Assembly: GCA_031367385.1 (NCBI GenBank)
Contig: JANLPS010000236.1
Span: forward strand, 1-28,002
Reading direction: 5' to 3'
Length of the DNA stretch: 28,002 bases
DNA from: Archangium sp.
GTDB taxonomy: Bacteria; Myxococcota; Myxococcia; Myxococcales; Myxococcaceae
Each line of letters opens with the position of its first letter. Positions within the stretch are counted from its first letter, which is position 1. This document shows, one piece after another, positions 9,122 to 17,616 of this stretch. The translations under genes and the position numbers were made by a program. The notes under the pieces were generated by a model, which worked only from the letters and a program-made list of their open reading frames with translations, searched no databases and was not told where the DNA came from.

Positions 9122-9794
9122 CGACGGCGACCTCTCCCAGCGGCTGAAGCATCGTGCGGAGCATCGCATCTCGGCGAGCTCTGCTTTTCACAAATCGCGT
9201 CGGGCCAAGAATGTTCAAGCGGGGAAAACGCCTGCGCAGCTCGTCGCGATTGGTCTGGGCCGACGGCTCGCTCGCTGGTGTCGTCGCGTTGAGCACCACC
9301 GCGGCGATCTTGATTCGACGGGCCCGCAGCGCTTCGACGCTGAGCGAGGTGTGGTTGATGGTGCCCAGGCCGGCGCGCGCCACCAGCAGCACCGGGGCGC
9401 GGAGGGCGCTGATCAGGTCGATGACGTCATGTCGTGAATCGAGGGGTACGTAGAGGCCTCCTGCGCCTTCGACCACGCCCCACTCTGAGCTGAAGGCCCG
9501 ATAGGCGCGCAAGGTGCTTCGCCAGTGGGTCGGGCGGCCCTCGAGCCCGGCGGCGATGCCCGGCGCCAGGGGCTGTTTGAAGCGAAAGAGGCTGATGGTG
9601 TCGAGCGGTTGGTGTGTGCCCGCCGCAGCTTGAAGCCGAAGCGCATCGGCGGGCGCGTCGAGGTTGGTCACGCCGCTCTCGTACGGCTTGAACGCGAAGG
9701 GCAAGTGCCCGCGCGCCGCCAGCACCCCGAGCAACGCCGCCGCGACCTCGGTCTTGCCGACGTTGGTGTCTGTGCCTGTGACGAAGAAGCGCAC
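9111..9794 (-). CDS. bioD: dethiobiotin synthase
   Basis: FFVTGTDTNVGKT P-loop, FKPYESG, VVEGAGG, GLGTINHT motifs; GTG start at 9794. Confidence 0.95.
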   Translation of the reverse strand: MRFFVTGTDTNVGKTEVAAALLGVLAARGHLPFAFKPYESGVTNLDAPADALRLQAAAGTHQPLDTISLFRFKQPLAPGIAAGLEGRPTHWRSTLRAYRAFSSEWGVVEGAGGLYVPLDSRHDVIDLISALRAPVLLVARAGLGTINHTSLSVEALRARRIKIAAVVLNATTPASEPSAQTNRDELRRRFPRLNILGPTRFVKSRARRDAMLRTMLQPLGEVAVDVV

Positions 9795-9875
9795 GAGAAG
9801 GGTTGTACAGGGCGGCGCTGAAAAGGTGCCACACACTTTTTCAACGAGCTCGGCAGTTCTCCCTCGAAGAATTCG

Positions 9876-10511
9876 CTACGTCGAGGCGTAGGTCATCACC
9901 AGATAAAGCACCGCGCCGACGGTCGACGAGGGGTTTCGGTAGGCGTGCGGCTGGTCGGCGTGAAAGGTCAGCGAATCGCCGGTACCGAGCTCGACGCGCT
10001 CTCTATTGACCTCGATTTCAGCGGTGCCCGCGGCCACCACCAGGTTCTCCATCGTGCCCACCGCGTGTGCCTGGGCGACTTCAACGCCTGACGGCGCGAG
10101 GGTGAGCTCGTAGAACTCGGTGCCCCGCGACTGATCGAACGGAAACAGGGCGCGTGACGCGAAGAGGCCACCTTCAGACGCCACCGTTCGTGCATCGGCC
10201 CGTCGCACGACCGACGCGCCTCTCGTACCAGACGCACTGATCAGCGCCGAGAAAGGCACCTCGAGTGCCGTCGCGATCTTCCACAGCACGGTGACCGTCG
10301 GCACGCTCTGCGCGAGCTCGATTTGCCCCAACATCGCGCGACTGACTCCGCAGGTATTGGCGAGCCGCTCGAGTGAAAGCCCGCGCGTGACTCGAAGCCG
10401 TTTCAGGTTCTTCGCGACGACGGCCGTGAGCCCCTCGCCGCCTTTGACCTCTTCGTACTGCCAGCGCTGACCGCTCCGCTGTTTCGTCGAGCTCTCACGA
10501 ACGGAGCGCAC
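9876..10511 (-). CDS. XRE-family HTH plus cupin transcriptional regulator (SutR/PuuR-like)
   Basis: NLKRLRVTRGLSLERLA..GVSRAMLGQIE..SVPTVTVLWKIATAL HTH; cupin ending GDSLTFHADQPHAYRN. Confidence 0.92.
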   Translation of the reverse strand: MRSVRESSTKQRSGQRWQYEEVKGGEGLTAVVAKNLKRLRVTRGLSLERLANTCGVSRAMLGQIELAQSVPTVTVLWKIATALEVPFSALISASGTRGASVVRRADARTVASEGGLFASRALFPFDQSRGTEFYELTLAPSGVEVAQAHAVGTMENLVVAAGTAEIEVNRERVELGTGDSLTFHADQPHAYRNPSSTVGAVLYLVMTYAST

Positions 10512-10514
10512 GCT

Positions 10515-10658
10515 TTACCGAACGACCTGAGCGGGCCACATCCACACCCAGACCCAGTTCGCGGGGTACGGAGAAGCCATCATCGAAGCCGGCGCGCGCT
10601 TCTGCTCCAACCGCTTTTGCCGAAACTCTTCGAAGTCGATGACCTGTGCCGCGCTCAT
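10515..10658 (-). CDS. 47-aa small protein with a Trp-rich C-terminus
   Basis: Strong SD GAGGAG before ATG 10658; MSAAQVIDFEEFRQKRLEQKRAPASMMASPYPANWVWVWMWPAQVVR; stop 3 nt before the XRE-cupin GTG. Confidence 0.7.
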   Translation of the reverse strand: MSAAQVIDFEEFRQKRLEQKRAPASMMASPYPANWVWVWMWPAQVVR

Positions 10659-10683
10659 GATGTGCTCCTCTTTCACCGGTAGA

Positions 10684-10738
10684 AAACAATCCGTTCTAAC
10701 GGAAATCAAACAATCCGCTATGACGGATGGTCTGTCAA
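10684..10738 (-). promoter_or_regulatory. sigma70-type promoter with two palindromic operators (likely XRE-cupin autoregulation)
   Basis: Minus-strand TTGACA at 10738-10733; palindromes TCCGTTCTAACGGA 10690-10703 and TCCGCTATGACGGA 10714-10727, each preceded by AAACAA, 24-bp period. Confidence 0.7.
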
Positions 10739-10771
10739 GGCAGCGCAGGAGACATCTTCAACCAATTGAAA

Positions 10772-12457
10772 TTAGAAGATTTTTATGAGGGTCGCGTGAA
10801 CGCCAGTGTTGAAGCGACCGGTCGAGATGACCCCGAAGCTGAGCGCCAGATCCATCTGAAACATGCCCTCGATCAGCGCGTGAAAGCTCGGGCCAAAGGC
10901 GGCGCCGTATCGAATGCGCTGGGTACCGGTGTCGCGGTTTTGCTCGCCGTAGACCGCGGTGTCGAGAAAGACGCCGATTTTGTAGAGGTCACGGGTCAGC
11001 GAGAACCGAAACTCGCCCCTGATGCCGGCGGCCGCGCGAACGAAGATGTCGCCGAAGACCGCCCGCAGGTGGTCGCCCAGCGGTTCTTCGAAGGGAAACA
11101 GCACGTCGCCGGTCAGCCACGTGCCGCGCCCGCGAATCCACACGTCGTGCCAGCCGATGGGAAACACCTTTTGATACAGCCCGTGCAGCTCGAAGAAGGT
11201 CGGCTGATCAGGGCGCCGCAGGTTCGCGTAGAGACGCCCATCGATTGACGCGGAGTGGCGGCGGTCCCACCGGCCTTCACCGCTCTCGAAGGTTGCTTCG
11301 AAGCGGGTCTCGATGAACGTTCGAAGCCGCGCGCCCGCGTCGATGGCGATGGTGGGCTCGGTGCCGGGAGGCGAGCGCGCTCCGAAGACCAAAAAGTGCT
11401 GCACCCCGAAGCCGGTGTAAAACGCGAGCCACTCAGCGAGCGGCAGCGACAGGTTGAGCGACACCTCATTGGTCGTCGAGTAGTAATTCTCGAGGTTCAA
11501 ATCGCGGCGTTGGCGGGCATTGCCCTGCCCGGTCAGCAGCACGAACGGCCGAAACGTGCCGGTCGAGTCGAGCGCGGGAGTGAACCACTCGACCTCGGCG
11601 AACACCCGCGAGGGAAACACGTACAAGCGGTTGGCTTCGATGTCGTTGCGCAGGCCAAGGCCAGCCATCAGCCCCGCGCGCCACCGGTCGTCGCCCCAGA
11701 GCGCCGATTTGCCCTGGTAGTTCACCCCGAGCTCGAAGCCATCGAAGTACGACGAACGAACGTCGATGCCGGGGCCGGTGCTCCAGTCTTGCTCGGTGAA
11801 AAACAGGTGCAGCTCGTAGGGCTGCTGCGGGCGCACCAGCTGCTCACCCGAAATGGTACCGAGCATGCTCAGGTCAGTCAGCTGAGGGCCCAGGTGCCGC
11901 ACGGTTTGAGACCGAATCAGCTCCCACTTGGGCATCTCGATGTTGAACGACTTCGAGAGCTCGGTGAGCTGCCGTTCGATCGCGGGTTGATTGAACGTGT
12001 CGCGCGGCAAATCGAGTGCCAGCCGCAGCCGCACCATGGGGAACGTGAGCCGGCCGCGAAAGACGATCTTCTCGAGGCGCCCCTCGTCGATGGTCACGTA
12101 GAGGGTGTTGCCGATCGGCACAGCGACGACCGCCGCCAACAAGTACCCAGAGCGCTTCAAGAAATCAGTGAACTGCTTCTCGACGGCCCCCGCGGTGGTC
12201 GCGTCTGGTTTCGCGTTCTGGGGCAGGTCGAGCACCGCGAGGTACACGTCGGTGGTGAGCACGCTGTTGCCCGTGATGGTCATCTCGAACGGCAGTTTTC
12301 GCGGCTTGAGCGCATCGTCTTCTTCGGGCAGCAGAATCAACGGCAGCTCGACCCCGGCGTCGTCAGGGTGCTCACTGCTGCTCTGAGGCTGACCAACGCC
12401 CGACGGCTGTGCGAGCACGGCCCCGGCCAGCATGAGCGACCAAAACGTCACGGCCAC
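10772..12457 (-). CDS. Omp85-superfamily-like outer-membrane protein (POTRA-like domains plus beta-barrel)
   Basis: Signal peptide; ITGNSVL..GYLLA.V..LYVTIDEGRLEKIVFRG POTRA-like segment; amphipathic beta-strands; C-terminal Phe (VHATLIKIF). Confidence 0.7.
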   Translation of the reverse strand: MAVTFWSLMLAGAVLAQPSGVGQPQSSSEHPDDAGVELPLILLPEEDDALKPRKLPFEMTITGNSVLTTDVYLAVLDLPQNAKPDATTAGAVEKQFTDFLKRSGYLLAAVVAVPIGNTLYVTIDEGRLEKIVFRGRLTFPMVRLRLALDLPRDTFNQPAIERQLTELSKSFNIEMPKWELIRSQTVRHLGPQLTDLSMLGTISGEQLVRPQQPYELHLFFTEQDWSTGPGIDVRSSYFDGFELGVNYQGKSALWGDDRWRAGLMAGLGLRNDIEANRLYVFPSRVFAEVEWFTPALDSTGTFRPFVLLTGQGNARQRRDLNLENYYSTTNEVSLNLSLPLAEWLAFYTGFGVQHFLVFGARSPPGTEPTIAIDAGARLRTFIETRFEATFESGEGRWDRRHSASIDGRLYANLRRPDQPTFFELHGLYQKVFPIGWHDVWIRGRGTWLTGDVLFPFEEPLGDHLRAVFGDIFVRAAAGIRGEFRFSLTRDLYKIGVFLDTAVYGEQNRDTGTQRIRYGAAFGPSFHALIEGMFQMDLALSFGVISTGRFNTGVHATLIKIF

Positions 12458-12500
12458 ACGCTATGCGAAGTCAGAGCAGCCAGCCGGTTTCTATCGGCCT

Positions 12501-13379
12501 TCACCGCGTCAAATACTGCCCGAAAAAAGCGAGCGCATGGCTCACCACGGGAGCGAACGCTGCGCCCTCGGCATAAACCTCGTGGTGCTTGAGCCCCGGC
12601 AAGGGCACCAAGCGCTTCGGCTCGCGCGCCTTGGCGTACAGGCTGGTTACCTCCCCCCTCGAAATCAGCGCGTCGTCGGAGGGGAAGACGAACATCGACG
12701 CGGCGCTGGTCGACGCGAAGGCCTCGGGCTTGAACGAGAAGAGGTCTTCGAGTGATTCGAAGGTGATCTCGAGCCGCCAACGAGGGTGCTTGGGCGCCTC
12801 TTCGATGAGCAGCGCGCAGGTCTCGGGGTCTGACGATAGAATTCGCGGCACGGCGACGTAGGTCACCTTGCCGGTGGTGATGAACTCCTTTTTGGCCGCG
12901 TGCACTTTGGCGCGAAACCCCGCGAAGTCGGGGAAGTTGGCCCAGACCCGCTCGAGGTCTCCCGGCCCTGCGACGGCGACCAAGGCCTTCACCCGGGAGT
13001 CGAGCCCGGCCACGGCGGTCGCGACGCTGGCGCCGAGGCTGATGCCGAAGAGGCCGATGCGGCTCGCGTCGAGCTCGGGTACCGACTCGAGAAAGGTGCA
13101 CGCGTTGCGAACGTCTTGCACTTGCGCTTCGGGCACCAGCCGGCACCTCGGCTCGCCGCCACTCTCACCGAAGTACCGATAATCGATGTTCAAGGTCGCG
13201 AAGCCCGCGTCATTGAACGCGGCTGCGTGCTTCGAGAGCCACACTTCTTTGGTCAGGCTGAAGCCCTGGCAGCAGACAATCACGGGCCAGCGGCCGTTGG
13301 GCCCAGGCTTCTGAGGCACTCGCAGCGTGCCCACCATCGGAGTGCCCTCTGAGAAAAACTCGGCGCGTCGTTCGTTCAC
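12501..13379 (-). CDS. alpha/beta hydrolase (COG1073-like)
   Basis: DYRYFGESGGEPR, RIGLFGISLG nucleophile elbow, C-terminal His (LKHHEVY); probable GTG start at 13379. Confidence 0.9.
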   Translation of the reverse strand: MNERRAEFFSEGTPMVGTLRVPQKPGPNGRWPVIVCCQGFSLTKEVWLSKHAAAFNDAGFATLNIDYRYFGESGGEPRCRLVPEAQVQDVRNACTFLESVPELDASRIGLFGISLGASVATAVAGLDSRVKALVAVAGPGDLERVWANFPDFAGFRAKVHAAKKEFITTGKVTYVAVPRILSSDPETCALLIEEAPKHPRWRLEITFESLEDLFSFKPEAFASTSAASMFVFPSDDALISRGEVTSLYAKAREPKRLVPLPGLKHHEVYAEGAAFAPVVSHALAFFGQYLTR

Positions 13380-13460
13380 GCGCCGCACCGTACCTCGAAA
13401 ACAAAACAGCGAGCCAAAGTGAACACCTTCGTTCACTTTGGCTCGCCTTGACTCAAACGC

Positions 13461-13811
13461 TCAATGCTTCGGCGCTGTACGGCCCTGCGCCTCGGCGTTG
13501 ATGCGGCTCGTCTTGATCGTCGTCGGCCCGCTCACCGCCAGGTTCGGCTTGAGCTTGTCGAACTTCTTCTTGCCGAAGCCCTTCACTTTGACGAGCTCCT
13601 CGGCTCGAGCGAACGGAGTCTTCGCCCGAAAATCGACGATGCGCTTGGCCGCCTTTTCTCCCACTCCGGGCAGCTGATCGAGCTGCTGCGCCGACGCGGT
13701 GTTGAGGTTGACCACCCCACTGACCTGGGTCTTCGAGACCCGCTTCGCCGCCAACGCTTCGCCCGAGACTGCCAGGCTCGCCGCCAGCGCCACCATCATG
13801 AAAGTTCGCAT
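13461..13811 (-). CDS. comEA: ComEA-family helix-hairpin-helix DNA-binding protein
   Basis: Signal peptide, then VNLNTASAQQLDQLPGVGEKAAKRIVDFR..FARAEELVKVKGFGKKKFDKLK; ATG at 13811 with GGAGG SD. Confidence 0.92.
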   Translation of the reverse strand: MRTFMMVALAASLAVSGEALAAKRVSKTQVSGVVNLNTASAQQLDQLPGVGEKAAKRIVDFRAKTPFARAEELVKVKGFGKKKFDKLKPNLAVSGPTTIKTSRINAEAQGRTAPKH

Positions 13812-13813
13812 TG

Positions 13814-14038
13814 TCAGTGCGCCTCCATCGCGGTGACTTCGGTGGTGCTGCCTGCGACGTCGCGGCGCTCTGCTTGCTCGCGAACATGCAACTTGCCGTC
13901 GAGTGGCAACACATCGAGGTACACGTTCATCGACCCATCTCGATTGACGAACGCCATACCGGCCTTGACCCAAATATCGGTCTTGTCCTTGCCTTCTTTG
14001 ATCGAAAACACCTGCAACCGCTTCCCAATATCCAACAC
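13814..14038 (-). CDS. small beta-rich hypothetical protein (74 aa)
   Basis: WVKAGMAFVNRDGSMNVYLDVLPLDGKLHVRE motif; stop 2 nt before the comEA ATG. Confidence 0.8.
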   Translation of the reverse strand: MLDIGKRLQVFSIKEGKDKTDIWVKAGMAFVNRDGSMNVYLDVLPLDGKLHVREQAERRDVAGSTTEVTAMEAH

Positions 14039-14091
14039 GCCACACCATCCCTTTTCAGCGCTGACGACATGTCAGCACGAGGCGGCGACTG

Positions 14092-14107
14092 AGCAGCGGC
14101 CGTGCCA
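14092..14107 (-). promoter_or_regulatory. putative sigma54 promoter for the small-gene/comEA operon
   Basis: Minus strand TGGCACGGCCGCTGCT, close to the TGGCACG-N4-TTGCW consensus. Confidence 0.7.
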
Positions 14108-14138
14108 ACGCCCTGCCCTGGGCGAGCCACCACGAGGA

Positions 14139-14154
14139 GTCTCCCGCGGGAGAC
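14139..14154. repeat. perfect 16-bp palindrome (terminator hairpin or protein-binding site)
   Basis: GTCTCCCGCGGGAGAC, between the end of the lpxL-like gene and the sigma54 promoter. Confidence 0.5.
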
Positions 14155-14202
14155 CTGACGCAGACACTCCACTTCGGCCTCTCGTGCGGTGAGAGCCGCT
14201 GA

Positions 14203-15096
14203 TCAAACGTCGGGCTGCGAGCGCCAGCGTCGATGCATCCACACCCACTGCTCGGGGTGACTGCGAATCGCCTGCTCGAGGCCAGCGGTCAGACGCGCGG
14301 TGAGCGATTCAGCCGTGTCGCCGGGCTCGAGGGCGACCTCGTGCATGCGCAGCTGATGCTTGCCCGCTGCGTCGCGCTGACAGAACCCGAGCATCACCGC
14401 GGCCCCAGTGCGGAGCGCGAGGTCAGCGGCCGCTCTCGGCGTCTTCGCCGGCTGCCCGAAGAACGGCACCCACACCGACTGAACGGTGGTGTCTTGGTCG
14501 ATCAACATGCCCAAAATCTCGCCCTGCTTGAGGGCCCGCAGCATCGACTTCGCCGCGCCTTCACGGCCGCGCCAAATCGCCTTCAACTTCGCCGAAGCGC
14601 GAAAGGCATCGACCCACCGGGTCAATCGCGGGTCGCTGGTCTCCTTGGCGATGGTCTGACAGGGGTACCCGGCGAGCGCGACCCTTCGAGCGAGCAGCTC
14701 CCAGTTGCCGATGTGGCCGCTGATGAACAGCACGCCTTTTTTCTTCGCCAAGGCCGCTTCGAGCGCGGCTCTGTCGGGCTGCGGCCACTCGATGAAGGCC
14801 TCGACGTCTCGGTCGATTTGGCGCACGCAGACCAGCTCGAGCATGCTGCGGCCGAGGTGTTGAAATGACGCGCGGGCGATGCGCCGGCGTTCGGCCTTCG
14901 TCGCGCCAGGGTAGGCAATCGACAGTGAATTCAGTGCCTTTCGTCGCTCGGGCCAGGCCAGCGCGTAGGCGACCAGGCCCAGGCCAGAGCCCAACGCCGA
15001 GGCCCATCGCACCGGCAACAGCCCAAGCCCTGCGGCCGCGAGCCGAATCGCGAGGTACCTCACAAACCGCTTGAGTCGCTTCGGCCACGGGGTCAC
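14203..15096 (-). CDS. lpxL: lipid A biosynthesis lauroyl/myristoyl acyltransferase (LpxL/HtrB family)
   Basis: GVLFISGHIGNWEL, GMLIDQD, VPFFGQPAKT, PEQWVWMHRRWR motifs. Confidence 0.88.
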   Translation of the reverse strand: MTPWPKRLKRFVRYLAIRLAAAGLGLLPVRWASALGSGLGLVAYALAWPERRKALNSLSIAYPGATKAERRRIARASFQHLGRSMLELVCVRQIDRDVEAFIEWPQPDRAALEAALAKKKGVLFISGHIGNWELLARRVALAGYPCQTIAKETSDPRLTRWVDAFRASAKLKAIWRGREGAAKSMLRALKQGEILGMLIDQDTTVQSVWVPFFGQPAKTPRAAADLALRTGAAVMLGFCQRDAAGKHQLRMHEVALEPGDTAESLTARLTAGLEQAIRSHPEQWVWMHRRWRSQPDV

Positions 15097-15106
15097 GTCA
15101 GAAAGC

Positions 15107-15472
15107 TCACGTGAAGAGCCACGCCCAGCCGATGAACACCAGCTGGAGCGGCAGTCGGGCCCACAACGTCCACGCCGGTACGCGCTTGCGACCCAGCGGC
15201 AGCGTGTTGACTGCCATGTTCACGTTGGCGGGGAAGACGGCGATGAACAGCGCGATCAGCCCCCAGGCCGCCAGGTGTTGAGTCGTTGGTACCAGCAACC
15301 CGATGGCCCCCAACACTTCGAACACGCCGCTGATCAGTACCAGCAGCCGATGCGCCGGCAACCAGGAGGGGATCATCGCCTCGTACACGTTGCTCGAGGT
15401 GAAATGAAGCACGCCCGACAGGCCCACGGCGATGGCCAAGAGCCACTTCAACGAGACGAGGAGCATGCGCAC
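15107..15472 (-). CDS. DoxX-like membrane protein
   Basis: GVLHF..MIPSWLP..LISGVFEVLGAIGLL..AVFPANVNMA..RLPLQ. Confidence 0.85.
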   Translation of the reverse strand: MRMLLVSLKWLLAIAVGLSGVLHFTSSNVYEAMIPSWLPAHRLLVLISGVFEVLGAIGLLVPTTQHLAAWGLIALFIAVFPANVNMAVNTLPLGRKRVPAWTLWARLPLQLVFIGWAWLFT

Positions 15473-15564
15473 AAACTCCTACGTGTGGCGGGGGGCGAAA
15501 GCAATTCTATGAAGAATCGTTGCCGGGGGGCGCGGGTGCAGGGGCGCCGTTATGGTGGCGGCCC

Positions 15565-16782
15565 ATGTCAAACCCGTCTGACGATGCCCCCGAAGCCTCC
15601 GTGGCCGAGCCCGCGAGGTTCGGCGAGGTGCCGATTCTGTTGTTCGTACGCGGTCTCGCCCTGGTCACCGTGCTGATGAGCCTGATTGTCGGCTTTCACG
15701 TCTATCTCGGCTTTCGGCTGATTCGAGACGCGCAGGTACCCGAGCCGTTCGCCACCGTCGCCTGGGCCACGCTCTGGGTCGCCTTCGCCAGCATCTTCGG
15801 TGGCTTCATCGGCGGGCGGCTGTTGCCCAAGCGCTTTGCCGGCATCTTGCAGTGGGTCGGCTTCGGGTGGATGGGCGCATTCGGTTTGCTGCTCGTCGGC
15901 ACGGCCGCCAGCGATGTGGTGCTCTGGGTCGCTTCGAAACTCACCGCGGTCGACGCCTCGTGGTTGAGCTGGCGGGCGATTGCCGTCGTGGCCCTGACCG
16001 CCCCTGCGCTGGCCTACGGCTTCTGGGTCGCCCGGCGCCCGGAGATCAAGCGGGTCACCATTGACATCCCCGGCCTTGGGGCAGGTCTCGACGGCACTCG
16101 CATCGTTCAAATCTCCGACGTGCACATCGGCGAAACACTGGGCAAAGACTTCGCGCAGCTGGTGGCCGACACCGTCAATTCGCTCAAGCCTGACCTGGTC
16201 GCAGTCACCGGAGACATGATTGACGGCTCAGTCGCTCGGCTCAGAGATCAAGTGGCTCCGCTGGGCACGATGAAGGCCAAGCACGGCGTCTTCTTCGTCA
16301 CCGGCAACCACGAGTACTACAGCGGCGGCGCCGCCTGGGAGGCCGAAGCCCGAAACCTCGGTATGACCGTCTTGCACAACGAGCATCGGGTCATCGAGAA
16401 CGCCGGGGCCACGCTGATCATCGGCGGAGTGACCGACCTCGAGGGGGCCCGTTTCTCAGAGAGCCACACCCCTCGCGTCGATCTCGCTTTTGTTGGCTCA
16501 CCAACTGGAGCGCCGCGCGTCTTGCTCGCCCACCAACCCCGCTTCTCAAAGGCTGCCGCGGCCCAGAAGGTCTCGCTGATGCTCAGCGGGCACACCCATG
16601 GCGGGCAGATTTTCCCCTTCATGTTTCTGGTCAAGCTGCAGCAGCCGGTCATCGGCGGGTTCGCCCTGCTCTCGGGAGTGCCCACCTACACCAGCAATGG
16701 CACTGGCTACTGGGGGCCTCCGTTTCGCATCGGGCCCCGCGGAGAGGTGACTGAGATCACCCTTCGCGCCGTACCAGGCTGA
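15565..16782 (+). CDS. membrane-anchored metallophosphoesterase (YkuE/YaeI-like)
   Basis: Four N-terminal TM helices; SDVH, TGDMIDG, GNHEYY, LAHQP, SGHTHGGQ motifs. Confidence 0.93.
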   Translation: MSNPSDDAPEASVAEPARFGEVPILLFVRGLALVTVLMSLIVGFHVYLGFRLIRDAQVPEPFATVAWATLWVAFASIFGGFIGGRLLPKRFAGILQWVGFGWMGAFGLLLVGTAASDVVLWVASKLTAVDASWLSWRAIAVVALTAPALAYGFWVARRPEIKRVTIDIPGLGAGLDGTRIVQISDVHIGETLGKDFAQLVADTVNSLKPDLVAVTGDMIDGSVARLRDQVAPLGTMKAKHGVFFVTGNHEYYSGGAAWEAEARNLGMTVLHNEHRVIENAGATLIIGGVTDLEGARFSESHTPRVDLAFVGSPTGAPRVLLAHQPRFSKAAAAQKVSLMLSGHTHGGQIFPFMFLVKLQQPVIGGFALLSGVPTYTSNGTGYWGPPFRIGPRGEVTEITLRAVPG

Positions 16783-17568
16783 TCAACCGCCCGCGTTTTG
16801 CGGGTCAGCCGGCGCGACCGGAGCAGCGGGGTTCGTCACCGCAGCTTCAACGCCGCTCGTCATTCTCTCGATCACCGTGGGCTTCTTGGCCAGCTCGAGC
16901 AGCTGGGCGACCACCTCTGGGTCGGCGCCATTTTTCGAAAGCGCGGCCAGAATCGGCGCGTAGCGGGTCACCATCTCAGCCCCGTCGACTGCCTGAGCTG
17001 CGCGATACGCATGGTTGAGCCCTGCGAGGGCCCGACCACCGGCTCCGAGGGTGCTGGCGTCGATGGCTGCGCCCAGGAGGCCCTTGAAGAACGACCACAG
17101 CCGTTGCCCACCGGTCATCGGTTGCCCAGCCGCGTCGCGGCCGCCAAATGCGTCGCCGAGGTCGCTGCCGGCCTTCATGAAGGGGATCAGGTTTTTGAGA
17201 AACTCGCCCTTGTTCTCATTGATCAGCGTCGCCAGCGCCTTGAGCGTCGCGGGGCTGGTGGGCCCGGTCGAGTTGGCCAAGAAGATCAGGTTCTGAATCT
17301 GAGCGAACTTCTCGGGCCCGAGCTCTTTTCGCAGGGCGACGGCGTCTGCGACAGGCAGCTCGCGTCTTTGAGTGGGGGGCAATGCCCCCGTGTCGACGGC
17401 GGGAGCTCGGTACTCATCGCGGTGATACTGCGCCCGCACTTCAGAATCTGGAGGCGGCTGCGCAACGGGCTCAGCGGTCACCACAGAAGGCGTGGCGGGT
17501 GTCTCGGCGGTCTCGGCGACGATCTTCGGTGCAATGCTGGGCGACCCAGCGGCAGCAGAAACGGGCAT
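16783..17568 (-). CDS. hypothetical protein with a pre-toxin TG-like segment
   Basis: Pro/Ala-rich N-terminus; NLIPFMKAGSDLGDAFGGRDAAGQPMTGGQRLW segment; ATG at 17568. Confidence 0.7.
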   Translation of the reverse strand: MPVSAAAGSPSIAPKIVAETAETPATPSVVTAEPVAQPPPDSEVRAQYHRDEYRAPAVDTGALPPTQRRELPVADAVALRKELGPEKFAQIQNLIFLANSTGPTSPATLKALATLINENKGEFLKNLIPFMKAGSDLGDAFGGRDAAGQPMTGGQRLWSFFKGLLGAAIDASTLGAGGRALAGLNHAYRAAQAVDGAEMVTRYAPILAALSKNGADPEVVAQLLELAKKPTVIERMTSGVEAAVTNPAAPVAPADPQNAGG

Positions 17569-17616
17569 GGCTGGGCGACTCTTGGGGCTTCGGCCGGCGA
17601 ACGTCAAATCGCCTGC

